Made by a program: the position numbers and the translations under genes. DNA of 64,000 nt from an uncultured delta proteobacterium (GTDB lineage: Bacteria > Desulfobacterota > Binatia > UBA9968): positions 1,096,598 through 1,160,597 of the forward strand of contig CAVYTU010000014.1 in the NCBI GenBank assembly GCA_963771465.1, in the 5' to 3' direction. This document shows positions 12,329-22,612 of this stretch, one piece after another (within the stretch, counting starts at the first letter, position 1; every line of letters begins with the position of its first letter). The notes under the pieces were generated by a model. That model had not been told where the DNA came from. It worked only from the letters and a program-made list of their open reading frames with translations, and did not search any database.

Positions 12329-13378
12329 ATGGCATCGACGAATCCAACAACGCAGGACACGGTAACGCAATCTGAGGCCGGTGGACTATGGTCCGATGTC
12401 TGGCACCGTTTTAAACGCAATCCGATCGCGCTTACGGGCTTTTACGTTGTTTGTTTTTTTATTTTTATGGCGCTGTTCGCCGACTTCATCGCCAACGACA
12501 AGCCCTATTATACCGAGTATAAAGGCAAGTCGTATTTCCCTATTTTTCGCAGCTACTTGGTCCGCATGAAGCTTGGTCGATGGCCGGCCGAACTGCTAAA
12601 CGTTGAGTTTAGAAAACTTGAGGACGCCAAATCAATTTTTCCGCCGATTCCCTATCGCCCGGGCAATATCAACTTGCTCGAGCCGCTCGAGCCGCCTTCA
12701 GAGCGCCACTGGTTCGGCACCGATAAGCTGGGCCGCGACGTGATGGCGGGGATGATTCATGGATCGCGCGTCTCATTATCGATCGGTTTTGTCGCGGTCG
12801 GGATCGCGGTCGTGATCGGTGTCGTGCTCGGCGCCATTGCCGGCTACTTCGGTTCATGGACAGATTTGGTCATCTCGCGTTTCTTCGAAGTGATGCTTTC
12901 TATCCCGACGTTTTTTCTGTTGATCACCATCGCGGCGCTTTTGCCGCCGAGCATTTTTTTGACGATGTTGATCATCGGCGCGACCAGCTGGGTCGGCATC
13001 GCACGCTTTACGCGCAACGAGTTTTTGCGGATTCGCAGTCTAGATTACGTGACCTCAGCGATCGCGCTTGGCGTGTCAGATCGTAAAGTTATGTTCCGAC
13101 ATATTCTACCCAACGCCCTAGCACCGGTGATCGTCTCCGTGGTGCTCGGCATCGCCGGCGCGATCCTGGTCGAGTCCAGTCTAAGTTTCCTCGGCATCGG
13201 CGTGCCGGCTGAACTGGTCACCTGGGGTTCGATCTTACACGAAGCCAGCAGCACAACTTTCGCCTGGTGGCTTGCGGTCTTTCCCGGTTTCGCCATCTTT
13301 ATTACGGTGCTCGCCTATTACCTCGTCGGCGAAGGCTTGCGCGAAGTGCTCGACCCGCGCCTGCGCGGCTTGCGTTAG
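12329..13378 (+). CDS. Peptide ABC transporter permease (OppC/DppC-like)
   Basis: HWFGTDKLGRDV, GSRVSL, HILPNA, ESSLSFLG. Confidence 0.93.
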   Translation: MASTNPTTQDTVTQSEAGGLWSDVWHRFKRNPIALTGFYVVCFFIFMALFADFIANDKPYYTEYKGKSYFPIFRSYLVRMKLGRWPAELLNVEFRKLEDAKSIFPPIPYRPGNINLLEPLEPPSERHWFGTDKLGRDVMAGMIHGSRVSLSIGFVAVGIAVVIGVVLGAIAGYFGSWTDLVISRFFEVMLSIPTFFLLITIAALLPPSIFLTMLIIGATSWVGIARFTRNEFLRIRSLDYVTSAIALGVSDRKVMFRHILPNALAPVIVSVVLGIAGAILVESSLSFLGIGVPAELVTWGSILHEASSTTFAWWLAVFPGFAIFITVLAYYLVGEGLREVLDPRLRGLR

Positions 13379-13511
13379 TTCGATGCTTTCTGTTAAGTCG
13401 GTCGAAGCCCATTGCCATTCCTTATTTTGGAACCGAATGTTGCTACTAACAGAACGTATGGCGAGCATCGGCGCGCGAACCGACCATGAGGTCGAAAGAA
13501 AATAAATATTT

Positions 13512-14639
13512 ATGGCGGAGAAAAGTCTCGACGAAATTAAAACCGATATCTTGCAGCGTTCCGGACGGATCAATCCATTCGAGCGGGTGAAGCAAGCCGA
13601 CGTCGAGCTGGTGGTGAAAAACTTGGCCAGCCTCGATTCAGAACTATGGGGCCGCGAGTGGGGTAAGTTTGGCGTCAAGTATGAGGCGGTGGCCCAGGAG
13701 CAGGAAAAGCAAGGCAAGTCGAAAGAGGCCGGCGAGACTTATTACTTGGCCTACGAATATTACCGAATCGGCCGTTATCCGGTGCCGAGCAGTCCGGAAA
13801 AAATGAAATGTTATCAAGGCGCGCTCAGGACTTTCACCAAAGCCGGCGCGACTATGGAACCGCCGCTGAAGCGCATCGAGATTCCTTTTGAAGGCAAGAA
13901 AGTCGTCGGCTACCTGCAAGTGCCCAAAGGTGTCGATCGCCCGCCGGTGGTGATGCATTGGGGCGGCGTCGATGGTTGGAAAGAAGACCGGCGGACTAAC
14001 AACGACGTGCTGCTAAAGCTAGGCATCGCTTGTTTCACCATCGACATGCCCGGCGCCGGGGAAAATCCTTGTTTGGGTCAAGAGCCGAAAGCGGAAAGAA
14101 CATTTTCGGCGGCGATGGATTACTTGGAAACCCGCAGCGACATCGACGGCAAGCGCATTGCCTGCATGGGCGGCAGCTTCGGCGGCTATTGGGCGGCGAA
14201 GCTCGCCCACACCGAGCCGAAGCGCTTGCGCGGCGCGGTCAATCATGGGGCCGGCGTGCATAGGACTTTTCAGGAAGAATGGTTGCGCCCGGCGCTGACT
14301 TTGACGGCATCGCAATATCTGATGGGGCCGGCGAGTTTGCTCGACGCGCGCTCATATATTTTCGGCGTCAAGAGTTTGGAAGAAGTGCTCAAGACCGCGC
14401 CGACGCTTTCGCTGGTGACGCAAGGTTTGATCGATCAGCCCTGCGCGCCATTGCTCTGCATCAACGGTAAGGACGACGATCAGCATCCGATCAGCGACTT
14501 CTATTTGCTAGCCGAGCACGGTAGCCCAAAAGACTTGCGCATTATTCCTGAGGCTGGCCATATGGGCCGCAAGAAGGGCGAGTCGAACGACGAAGTCGTC
14601 GGCATCGTGACGACCTGGCTTCAAGAGAAACTGGCATAA
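13512..14639 (+). CDS. Alpha/beta hydrolase (FrsA/DUF1100-like)
   Basis: GGVDGWKED, DMPGAGE, nucleophile GGSFGG, GKDD and GHMG triad motifs. Confidence 0.8.
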   Translation: MAEKSLDEIKTDILQRSGRINPFERVKQADVELVVKNLASLDSELWGREWGKFGVKYEAVAQEQEKQGKSKEAGETYYLAYEYYRIGRYPVPSSPEKMKCYQGALRTFTKAGATMEPPLKRIEIPFEGKKVVGYLQVPKGVDRPPVVMHWGGVDGWKEDRRTNNDVLLKLGIACFTIDMPGAGENPCLGQEPKAERTFSAAMDYLETRSDIDGKRIACMGGSFGGYWAAKLAHTEPKRLRGAVNHGAGVHRTFQEEWLRPALTLTASQYLMGPASLLDARSYIFGVKSLEEVLKTAPTLSLVTQGLIDQPCAPLLCINGKDDDQHPISDFYLLAEHGSPKDLRIIPEAGHMGRKKGESNDEVVGIVTTWLQEKLA

Positions 14640-14656
14640 TTTAGGCAGGAGAATAC

Positions 14657-15205
14657 ATGGCACGCATCGCAACGATCACTAAAAAAGAAGAGTTGGCAGC
14701 GGACGGGCAGAAAGTATTTGACGCCATTGCGCAGAGTCGTGGCGTGGTCGGCGGGCCGTGGTTGGCGTTGCTGCACAGCCCGGAGATGGCGCAGCGCACC
14801 ATGCATCTTGGCTCCTACGTGCGTTTTGAGTCGACGCTGGAGCACAAGGTTCTTGAGTTCACGGCGCTGGTCGCCGCGCGGGAGCTTGAATGCAAGCATG
14901 AGTGGGCTGCCCATGTAAATCACGCCCAAAAGGCTGGCGTTCCGCTAGAGACGATTCGCATGGTGCACCAGAAGAAGGGCGCGGAAAATTTTTCTTCCGA
15001 AGATGCGCAAATCGTCAGCTTCGTGCGCGAGATGATTCAGACGCACCGGGTGAGTGAACCGACCTTTCAGGCGATCTTCAATCGCTTCGGTGAAAAGGGC
15101 ATGGTCGAGCTCACCGCAACGATCGGCTATTACGCCATGCTCGCCTGCACGCTCAATACTTTCGACGTCTATACCGCCTCGCCGCCGGATGATCTGAAGA
15201 TCTAA
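14657..15205 (+). CDS. Carboxymuconolactone decarboxylase/AhpD family protein
   Basis: GPW..LLHSP, E.....ARE..C.HEW.AH, VELTATIGYY. Confidence 0.85.
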   Translation: MARIATITKKEELAADGQKVFDAIAQSRGVVGGPWLALLHSPEMAQRTMHLGSYVRFESTLEHKVLEFTALVAARELECKHEWAAHVNHAQKAGVPLETIRMVHQKKGAENFSSEDAQIVSFVREMIQTHRVSEPTFQAIFNRFGEKGMVELTATIGYYAMLACTLNTFDVYTASPPDDLKI

Positions 15206-15419
15206 TCTGACATGACGGCGTTTGCGCACTGATCGCGCACGGCAAATTTCAAGTTCCCAATGTTCCTCGAAGATCAAGTGTGGCCCAAACGCTGTGGCCA
15301 TATGAAGGGAAAACAAGTCATTCATTTCATACTGACAATTGCGGTTTGGCCGTTGACAGCGTGCGCGAGGGACGGATAGTCTCGGGCGAAAATCGAGATC
15401 GCAGGAAGGGATTCAGGCG

Positions 15420-16190
15420 ATGAAACTGAAAGATCAAGTGGCGCTGATTACCGGGGCGGGGAGAAATATCGGCAAGGCGATGGCTAAGCTGTTCGCTTCC
15501 GAAGGGGCGAAGATTATCGTTGCCGAAATGCATGAAGGGCGCGGTCAAGCGGTGGTCGACGAGATCAACCAGTCGGGTGGTCAAGCAGCGTTGGTGTTGG
15601 GCGATGTTTCCAAGTCGGCGGACGTGCAGCGCATGGTAAAGGACGGAGTAGGCAAGTTCGGCGGCATCGATATTCTCGTCAACAACGCGGCGCTGACCGA
15701 CCACGCCAATATTTTTGACAGCACGGAAGAAGAATTCGACAAGGTCATCGCCGTGAGTTTGAAGGGACCGTATCTGGTGACGAAATATGTTGCCATGCAG
15801 ATGAAGACCCAAGGGCGCGGCGGCAAAGTTTTGAATTTCGGTTCGACATCGGGATTGGTCGGTCGTTTCGACGGCATCGCCTACGCGGCGGCGAAAGCGG
15901 GCGTCATCAACATGACCCGCGCCATGGCGGTGCAGCTGGCCGAGTACGGCATTCGCGTCAACTGTGTCGTACCCAACCGTTCCGGTTCGCCGGTGGGTTA
16001 CGATGATGACGTGGCTGGCAGCCGCACTTTTCAGAACCTCGCCGGCCGTCTCGGTACGGCTGACGATCAGGCAAAAGCGGCATTATTTCTGGTCAGCGAC
16101 GATTCCAGCTTCATCATCGGTCATCCGCTGATCGTCGACGGCGGCGTGATGGCGACGGCGAATTTTCCGCGCGAGCAGTTTCAGAAATAA
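15420..16190 (+). CDS. SDR family oxidoreductase
   Basis: TGAGRNIG, ILVNNA, YAAAK, GIRVNCVVP. Confidence 0.92.
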   Translation: MKLKDQVALITGAGRNIGKAMAKLFASEGAKIIVAEMHEGRGQAVVDEINQSGGQAALVLGDVSKSADVQRMVKDGVGKFGGIDILVNNAALTDHANIFDSTEEEFDKVIAVSLKGPYLVTKYVAMQMKTQGRGGKVLNFGSTSGLVGRFDGIAYAAAKAGVINMTRAMAVQLAEYGIRVNCVVPNRSGSPVGYDDDVAGSRTFQNLAGRLGTADDQAKAALFLVSDDSSFIIGHPLIVDGGVMATANFPREQFQK

Positions 16191-16200
16191 GACCGAAGCC

Positions 16201-16242
16201 GTTCAAACCGTTCAAATGGTTCAAACAGTTCAAGCCGTTTAA
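16201..16242 (+). repeat. 5x 9-mer GTTCAANNN periodic repeat
   Basis: gttcaaacc gttcaaatg gttcaaaca gttcaagcc gtttaa between convergent genes. Confidence 0.8.
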
Positions 16243-16283
16243 GGAGGATCGGTGCGTGGTTGGTTCGATTCTCCGGACACGAG

Positions 16284-17534
16284 TCAGCGATACAGCGGCA
16301 GCGCCGCGATGCGCCGTTCAATCTCCGCCATCATCAACTTGTATTCCGGTCCATCGAAGCCGCCAAAGACGCGTTTGAATTCCGCCTCTTGCATGTATTC
16401 CGGCAGGTCGGTGGTGTCTGGCATGAGGTCGTTTTCGCTTAACCCGGCGGCAAGTTTTTGTCGCAATCTTCGCGCCGACGCGCTCCTTGCCGCATACTCG
16501 CCGAAGCGCGTGCCGGCGCGGTCGGCGGCGATGTCGTTAAATGAAAAGCCGCTGCCGCCGCGCGAGTCGGCAATCTCTTTGTAGACGCCGACGGCGTCCG
16601 CTAACGGACTGCCGGCGTTGGCCGCGAGCGCCGCGGATACGATGAAATGCTTGGCGAAATCGTCACGCTTACTGAGCAGGACGTCATGCTTGGCTGGGCG
16701 CGGCCAATTCTTCGCAACAGGCAGGACTTTGTCCAAGCTCTCGCCGGTGATGTAGATCGATAATATCAAGATCGCCGCACGGTTTTCCGCTGGCGGATTT
16801 TTATCGGACCGCTCGGCGGCGAACTTCAACAGTGGCGCTAGCAACTCGATCATGGAGACATTCTTGGATTTTAGCGTACGGGTAACTTCCGCCAATCGCC
16901 CTTGGTAAGCTTTTAGACGATCTTGTTCCTCGGGCGGAATCAGCGCAGCACGCAATTGGTCTGGCAGATCCGCCTGCCACTCATAGGTCAGCGCGATGCG
17001 TCGTTGGTCGACGCGTATTTGCGTGACCACTTGAGCGAATGCATTGAGATCGACAGAGCCGAATGCCAAATCGAAACCGCGCCAGAACAGCCACTGCGCA
17101 ATCTGGGGTGGAAGCGACAATCGGCCGATGCGCAGGTATTGCCAGCTTAGACCGGAGCCGTCTTCCACCAATACCGCGTTGAGATTGATGAATAGGCCCA
17201 TCGGTATCATCGGCAGTGACCGGCTGGCGCTGAGCTCGACGGCGCGATTCTTCAGCGCCACCCGCGCGCTGGCGCCGGCGTATTGCTGCGCCATATAATT
17301 GGCGGCGAGATCCAGATCGCCTTGGCTGATAACAACCGTGCGCCGCGCGCCGGATTTCAGTTTGCGCGGATCGTTTTGATCGAGAATACGCTTGGCCCGT
17401 TCGATGCTGCCCGGCGTGACTTCGGCGGCGCGACTGACCGTCGGCTGAGTCTCGATGATGAGAAAGGCGGCGCCGATAAGCGCCAATGGCAAGGCAAGGA
17501 TCAGCAGCAGGAGCAGCTTGAATAAGAATCGCAT
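16284..17534 (-). CDS. Membrane-anchored hypothetical protein with YfiM/DUF2279-like C-terminal motif
   Basis: N-terminal TM helix; KHFIVSAAL...KEIAD..GGSGFSFNDIAADRAG. Confidence 0.7.
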   Translation of the reverse strand: MRFLFKLLLLLILALPLALIGAAFLIIETQPTVSRAAEVTPGSIERAKRILDQNDPRKLKSGARRTVVISQGDLDLAANYMAQQYAGASARVALKNRAVELSASRSLPMIPMGLFINLNAVLVEDGSGLSWQYLRIGRLSLPPQIAQWLFWRGFDLAFGSVDLNAFAQVVTQIRVDQRRIALTYEWQADLPDQLRAALIPPEEQDRLKAYQGRLAEVTRTLKSKNVSMIELLAPLLKFAAERSDKNPPAENRAAILILSIYITGESLDKVLPVAKNWPRPAKHDVLLSKRDDFAKHFIVSAALAANAGSPLADAVGVYKEIADSRGGSGFSFNDIAADRAGTRFGEYAARSASARRLRQKLAAGLSENDLMPDTTDLPEYMQEAEFKRVFGGFDGPEYKLMMAEIERRIAALPLYR

Positions 17535-17601
17535 CGCGTGACCTTAGACGAAATTACGCGATGCTGCGACCAAATGCGAATCTTACGTAGGCCTGGCGCG
17601 A

Positions 17602-17793
17602 ATGAATCTAACTCAGCTCCTGCCTCAACCAACTGACGATAGTCGGGAAGGTCTGCGGCGTTTGGCCCATGTGGCCGCCGGGGAAGACCTGATCATGTTG
17701 GCACTCTTGGGATTTAATGCTATGGGAGATGCAATTCGCGATATTTTGGACCTGCGCATGTTGAATCGAGTGCGCGGAGGCCGTACAACGTGA
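17602..17793 (+). CDS. Small hypothetical protein
   Basis: 63-aa ATG ORF filling the gap before the ATPase gene; no motif. Confidence 0.3.
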   Translation: MNLTQLLPQPTDDSREGLRRLAHVAAGEDLIMLALLGFNAMGDAIRDILDLRMLNRVRGGRTT

Positions 17794-17819
17794 GGGGACG
17801 CAACCGCGAAGTCGCAGCC

Positions 17820-18809
17820 ATGGCTGATCTAATCCAGGTTAAAAATCTCCAGACTTCTTTTTTCACGCCGGAAGGCGAAGTGCGCGCCATCGATGGCATC
17901 AGCTTCGAGATCGGCGAGGGCAAAACCCTCGGACTGGTGGGCGAATCGGGCTGCGGCAAGAGCGTGACGTCACTCTCGATCATGCGGCTGATCCAATCGC
18001 CGCCGGGAAAAATCGTCGGCGGCGAGATTTTCTACCGTGGCAAGGATCTTCTCAGGCTCAACAATGAAGCGATGCGAAAAATCCGCGGCAACGAGATCTC
18101 GATGATCTTCCAGGAGCCCATGACTTCGCTCAATCCGGTGTTCACCGTCGGCAATCAGATCGGCGAAGCGATCAAACTGCATCAGGGATTGGGCAAACAG
18201 GAGACCCGCGCCAAGACGATTGAAATGTTGCGCTTGGTCAAGATCGCCGATCCAGAGTCGCGCGTCGATTCCTATCCGCACCAATTGAGCGGTGGCATGC
18301 GCCAGCGCGTCATGATCGCCATGGCGCTGTCGTGCAATCCATCGCTGCTGATCGCCGACGAGCCGACCACGGCGCTGGACGTGACGATCCAGGCGCAGAT
18401 TCTCGAGCTGATGAAAGAGCTGCAGCGAAAGATCGGCGGCATGGCGCTGCTCTTGATCACCCACGATCTCGGCGTGGTCGCCGAACAAGCTGACGATGTC
18501 GCCATCATGTATGCCGGCAAGATCGTCGAGCGGGCCAACACCAAGGCGATATTCACCAAACCGTTTCACCCTTATACCGTCGGTCTGCTCAATTCGCTGC
18601 CGAGCGTCGGTGCCGCGAAGAAACATCGCTTGGACGCGATCCCGGGCGTCGTGCCAAGTCCGCTCCATTTACCGAGCGGCTGCCGCTTTCGCGACCGCTG
18701 TCCGAGAGCGGCGGAGCTGTGTGCTCAGAGCGAACCGGAGCTGGTCGAGCGAGAGGCAGGCCATACGGTGGCTTGTCATTTTCCGCATGACGAAGTGCGC
18801 GCTAGTTAA
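17820..18809 (+). CDS. Peptide ABC transporter ATP-binding protein (OppD/DppD-like)
   Basis: [26 protein letters not shown]-terminal Cys cluster. Confidence 0.95.
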   Translation: MADLIQVKNLQTSFFTPEGEVRAIDGISFEIGEGKTLGLVGESGCGKSVTSLSIMRLIQSPPGKIVGGEIFYRGKDLLRLNNEAMRKIRGNEISMIFQEPMTSLNPVFTVGNQIGEAIKLHQGLGKQETRAKTIEMLRLVKIADPESRVDSYPHQLSGGMRQRVMIAMALSCNPSLLIADEPTTALDVTIQAQILELMKELQRKIGGMALLLITHDLGVVAEQADDVAIMYAGKIVERANTKAIFTKPFHPYTVGLLNSLPSVGAAKKHRLDAIPGVVPSPLHLPSGCRFRDRCPRAAELCAQSEPELVEREAGHTVACHFPHDEVRAS

Positions 18810-18887
18810 TGGAAAATTGAGAATGGATAATTGAAAATGGAAGAACTGAATTTCAAATTATCCATTATCCATTATCCATTTTGAATT
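18808..18887. repeat. Inverted heptamer arrays (AATGGAA-like x5 / ATCCATT-like x5)
   Basis: aatggaa aattgag aatggat aattgaa aatggaa ... tcaaatt atccatt atccatt atccatt ttgaatt, an AT-rich insert between the two ATPase genes. Confidence 0.85.
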
Positions 18888-18897
18888 GAGCCAATTC

Positions 18898-19875
18898 ATG
18901 AGCTTGTTAGAAATTCGCAACCTGAAAAAATATTTCCCCGTCGGCGAGGGATTTTTTTCGCGCGGCAAGGGCGCGGTCAAAGCGGTTGACGGAGTTAACC
19001 TGACGATCGAGGAAGGCGAGACGGTCGGTTTAGTCGGCGAATCGGGATGCGGCAAGTCGACTTTGGGCCGGACGATTCTCCGGTTGATCGAGCCGACCAG
19101 CGGCGAAGTCAATTTTCTTGGCAAGAATTTGCTGACGATGCCCCAGCGCGAGCTGCGCGATATGCGGCGCCAGATGCAGATCATTTTCCAGGACCCCTAC
19201 GCTTCGCTCAACCCGCGCATGCGGGTCGGCGATATCGTCGGTGAAGGACTGGAAATTCATAAGCTCGCCAAAGGCAAAGCCAAGCGCGATCGGGTGATGG
19301 AGCTGCTCCATCAAGTCGGTCTGCGCGAAGATCACTTCGACCGCTACCCGCACGAATTTAGCGGCGGCCAGCGCCAGCGCATCGGCATCGCCCGCGCTTT
19401 AGCCGTGAGTCCAAAGTTCATCGTTTGCGACGAGCCGGTGTCGTCCCTCGATGTTTCGATTCAAGCGCAGATCATCAATCTCTTGCAGGAGCTGCAAGAG
19501 AAGATGCATCTGACCTACCTATTCATTTCCCACGATCTCCGGGTCGTCGAGCATATCAGCCATCGAGTGGCGATCATGTATCTTGGCAAGGTGGTCGAAA
19601 TCGCCAAGAGCGACACGATTTACCGGGACGCCAAACATCCCTATACCCGCGCGCTGCTCTCCGCCGTGCCGATCCCCGATATGTCGCGCAAGAAAGAGCG
19701 GGTCATCCTCGAAGGCGACGTGCCGAGTCCGGTGAACCCGCCGTCGGGTTGTACGTTCCACCCGCGCTGCTCCTACCGTGAAGCGCTGTGCAGCCAGAGC
19801 GAGCCCAGTTTAGATTTTGCCGCGGACGGCCATGGTGTCGCTTGCCATGTCTTCGGGCCGATTAAACGGGCGTGA
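18898..19875 (+). CDS. Peptide ABC transporter ATP-binding protein (OppF/DppF-like)
   Basis: [40 protein letters not shown]. Confidence 0.95.
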   Translation: MSLLEIRNLKKYFPVGEGFFSRGKGAVKAVDGVNLTIEEGETVGLVGESGCGKSTLGRTILRLIEPTSGEVNFLGKNLLTMPQRELRDMRRQMQIIFQDPYASLNPRMRVGDIVGEGLEIHKLAKGKAKRDRVMELLHQVGLREDHFDRYPHEFSGGQRQRIGIARALAVSPKFIVCDEPVSSLDVSIQAQIINLLQELQEKMHLTYLFISHDLRVVEHISHRVAIMYLGKVVEIAKSDTIYRDAKHPYTRALLSAVPIPDMSRKKERVILEGDVPSPVNPPSGCTFHPRCSYREALCSQSEPSLDFAADGHGVACHVFGPIKRA

Positions 19876-19942
19876 TGTCCACGCGACCTTCGCAATGCCA
19901 AATCTGCCATTGCAAATTTCAAATTGAGAGTCTCGCCGGGAG

Positions 19943-19970
19943 TTGATTTAGGCGGTGCCGATGGTACAAT
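19943..19970 (+). promoter_or_regulatory. Sigma70 promoter for greA (extended -10)
   Basis: TTGATT-16 nt-TACAAT with TGn extension. Confidence 0.65.
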
Positions 19971-20013
19971 CACACTAGAATTTAACAGCTTGGCGAGACC
20001 AACATTTAATTAA

Positions 20014-20049
20014 GGCCTCTCGGGAGCGATTCCGAGGGGTTTTTATTTT
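20014..20049 (+). terminator. Intrinsic terminator in the greA 5' leader (putative attenuator)
   Basis: Stem CCTCTCGGGA/TTCCGAGGGG, GCGA tetraloop, then TTTTTATTTT; lies between the promoter and the greA RBS. Confidence 0.8.
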
Positions 20050-20066
20050 GTTGTGGAGTTGAATTT

Positions 20067-20549
20067 ATGGCTGACGACAGCGTGCCAATGACGAACAAGG
20101 GTTACCAGTTCTTGATGGAAGAGCTGAAACGATTGAAAAGCGTGGAGCGTCCTCGCAACGTACGCGAAATCGAAGAGGCCCGCGAACACGGTGATCTTTC
20201 GGAAAACGCCGAATTCCATGCCGCCAAAGATCGCCAGTCCTTGCTAGATTTGCAGATCCGGGAGATCGAAGACAAAATCGCGCGGGCCCAGATCATAGAC
20301 ATTTCCAAGCTTTCCGGCGAGAAGATTGTATTCGGTGCCACGGTGGCGCTCGCCGATGGTGACACGGGCGATAAGGTGGTATATCAAATCGTCGGCGATC
20401 ACGAGGCGGAACCGAAGAACGGTAAGATTTCCATTAGCTCTCCCATCGCTCGGGCATTGATCGGCAAGAACGAGGGAGAAGAAGTTCAGGTCCGCACCCC
20501 CACGGGCGTTCGTACTTTCGACATCCTTAGCGTCGACTATATCGAATAA
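20067..20549 (+). CDS. greA: Transcription elongation factor GreA
   Basis: AREHGDLSENAEFHAAK, ISISSPIARALIGK. Confidence 0.97.
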   Translation: MADDSVPMTNKGYQFLMEELKRLKSVERPRNVREIEEAREHGDLSENAEFHAAKDRQSLLDLQIREIEDKIARAQIIDISKLSGEKIVFGATVALADGDTGDKVVYQIVGDHEAEPKNGKISISSPIARALIGKNEGEEVQVRTPTGVRTFDILSVDYIE

Positions 20550-20590
20550 GTCGCCGGTGCCAGTGGGGCGGGCCGTTCTGGAAAGGCAGC

Positions 20591-22612
20591 ATGACCTTTT
20601 CAGCCATCGCGGTTGCACCCGCTCATTTCGCATCGGCGCATTTCGCCGCGCCCTACCCAGTTCACAATCGCTGCCGATTGCCATCGCGCCATACCGTGCG
20701 GTGGATTGCCGTGGCGCTGCTGATCGTTTTTTTCAGCGGTTATTGGGCGGTGCCAGCCCAAGGCGAAATTCAAATCGAACCGCGGGTCGGTTTCCACGGC
20801 GTGTTCCAGCTTGGCCGGCCGTTTCCACTCGAGATCGAGTTAAACAATAGCGGTCGGCCGGCCGAAGGCGTCTTAGAAGTGCAGGTTTGGAAGGGCGGCG
20901 CCACCAAAGGCGGCGCGCCGTTCGCGGTCAACTACCGGCGCCAAGTATTTCTCGCGGCCCAGGCGCGCAAGACCATTCAACTCACCGTCGATCCCGATTT
21001 TATCAGCCGGCCGCTGAGGCTTACTTTCTCCAGTCCCGCGGGCGCGGCCAAGCGCGAACTCGATCTGCGTCGTTATTTTTCACCGACCCCGCTGCTGCTG
21101 TTTCTGAGCGAGAGCAATTTATTACCGCCGATGGCGAGTGCGACGGGGCAGCATCGGCTGATCGCGCTGTCGCCCGGCGAGCTCGCTGCGGACCCGCGCG
21201 CACTGCTCGGCGTGTCCCACGTTATTCTCTACGATCAGTCGCTACGCGATTTGTCGCGCGCTCAACTCGCCGCCCTCGATACCTGGCTCAGTTCCGGCGG
21301 CCGCATGGTGATCATCGGCAGTCTCAATTTTGCGCTCTATCAAGACGCGGCGCTCAGCCGTTTTTTGCCGGTGCGGGTTAGCGGCACCCGGCGGATCACT
21401 TTCAAACCGAGCGCGGTCAAAGACGAGCCGCCGGCATCGCTCGGCGGCGTGTGGGCGCTGCAGTCGACGCTGGTCAACGGCAAGGTGCTGGCCGAAAGCG
21501 ACGGCGTGCCGGTGTTGGTCGAAGCCAGCCGCGGCCGGGGACGAATTATTTATTTCGCTTTGGATATCGGCCGTCCGCCGTTAGCGCAGTGGAGCGGGCT
21601 GCCGAGATATTTGCAGACGCTGCTGGCGCCGGCTAGCGCTGACGATCAGCCGCTGCGCAGCGAGTGGAACGACGCGGTGTTTGCCCAGCTGATCGCGAGT
21701 CCGACGTTTATCTCGACCTACGTGCCTTCCGGCTCGATGTTTGTCGCGATGATTCTCTATTTGGCCGGTCTCGGCGGTATTCTCTGGCTCTGGCAGCGCA
21801 AGACATTCTCCGGGCGGGCAACCCTTGGCGCTTTGTTTGGGCTGGTGAGCGTCGGCACTGTTGCCGGCTATTTTCTCTTCAATCGCGGCGGCAATATTCC
21901 CGACGGTGTGCTGATGACTTCTACCTTGCTTGAGAGCAGCGGCGACGGTTACGTCGAGGCACAGGCGAATCTCGCGCTATTCTCCACCCAGCCGCGGCCC
22001 TACGATCTCGAAATGAATCGGGGATGGATGGAATTGACGCCGGTCTCCAACCGGGCTAGGGATCAGCAGGCGGCGGCGGTTGTACAACAAGACAGCAACG
22101 GTGTGAGCCGCTACCATCTGCCGCTGCGCGAATGGGACTATCGGCTGTTTCGCATGCGGCTCATCGACCGTTTTCAATTGCGCGCTGAGTTCGAAGCGCA
22201 AGGCGATCAACTGATCATGAAAATCGATAACCAGAGCGGCAAAGATTTGACCCACTGTTGGCTGTTGGTGCCGGGCCGACAATTCGATCTCGGCCGGATC
22301 GCCCATGGCGCCACTTGGCGCAAAACCTTTTCGTTGACGCCCCTCAAGAGCGCCGCCGAAGCGAGCACGGCGCGCAGCGAAGGGGTGAGCTTCCGCGAAG
22401 TGCGGTTTCCGGATAAGACCCGGGATATTTTGTTTCACTCGTCGTTTTTTCCGCGCGACGGCGACGCCCGCTGGGCGAGCGGGGCGGCGGTGTTTTTCGG
22501 TTGGGTCAACGATTTTGAACCGAAGGTGCGCCTGGACGATGCGCGCATCCAGCGCCAGGACTACGCGCTCTACCGCGCGATCATTCCGTTAGCCCAAGGG
22601 GAGGACGAATGA
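20591..22612 (+). CDS. Membrane/exported protein with GATase-like domain (MoxR operon component)
   Basis: Signal/TM segment, QLAALDTWLSSGGRMVIIG and GRGRIIY motifs, internal TM pair; start uncertain. Confidence 0.7.
   Translation: MTFSAIAVAPAHFASAHFAAPYPVHNRCRLPSRHTVRWIAVALLIVFFSGYWAVPAQGEIQIEPRVGFHGVFQLGRPFPLEIELNNSGRPAEGVLEVQVWKGGATKGGAPFAVNYRRQVFLAAQARKTIQLTVDPDFISRPLRLTFSSPAGAAKRELDLRRYFSPTPLLLFLSESNLLPPMASATGQHRLIALSPGELAADPRALLGVSHVILYDQSLRDLSRAQLAALDTWLSSGGRMVIIGSLNFALYQDAALSRFLPVRVSGTRRITFKPSAVKDEPPASLGGVWALQSTLVNGKVLAESDGVPVLVEASRGRGRIIYFALDIGRPPLAQWSGLPRYLQTLLAPASADDQPLRSEWNDAVFAQLIASPTFISTYVPSGSMFVAMILYLAGLGGILWLWQRKTFSGRATLGALFGLVSVGTVAGYFLFNRGGNIPDGVLMTSTLLESSGDGYVEAQANLALFSTQPRPYDLEMNRGWMELTPVSNRARDQQAAAVVQQDSNGVSRYHLPLREWDYRLFRMRLIDRFQLRAEFEAQGDQLIMKIDNQSGKDLTHCWLLVPGRQFDLGRIAHGATWRKTFSLTPLKSAAEASTARSEGVSFREVRFPDKTRDILFHSSFFPRDGDARWASGAAVFFGWVNDFEPKVRLDDARIQRQDYALYRAIIPLAQGEDE

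Noticed and set aside
15206-15325. Short minus-strand ORF piece (HMATAFGPHLIFEEHWELEIC)
   Set aside because: Protein-like but unassignable; the ORF continues antisense into the CMD gene.
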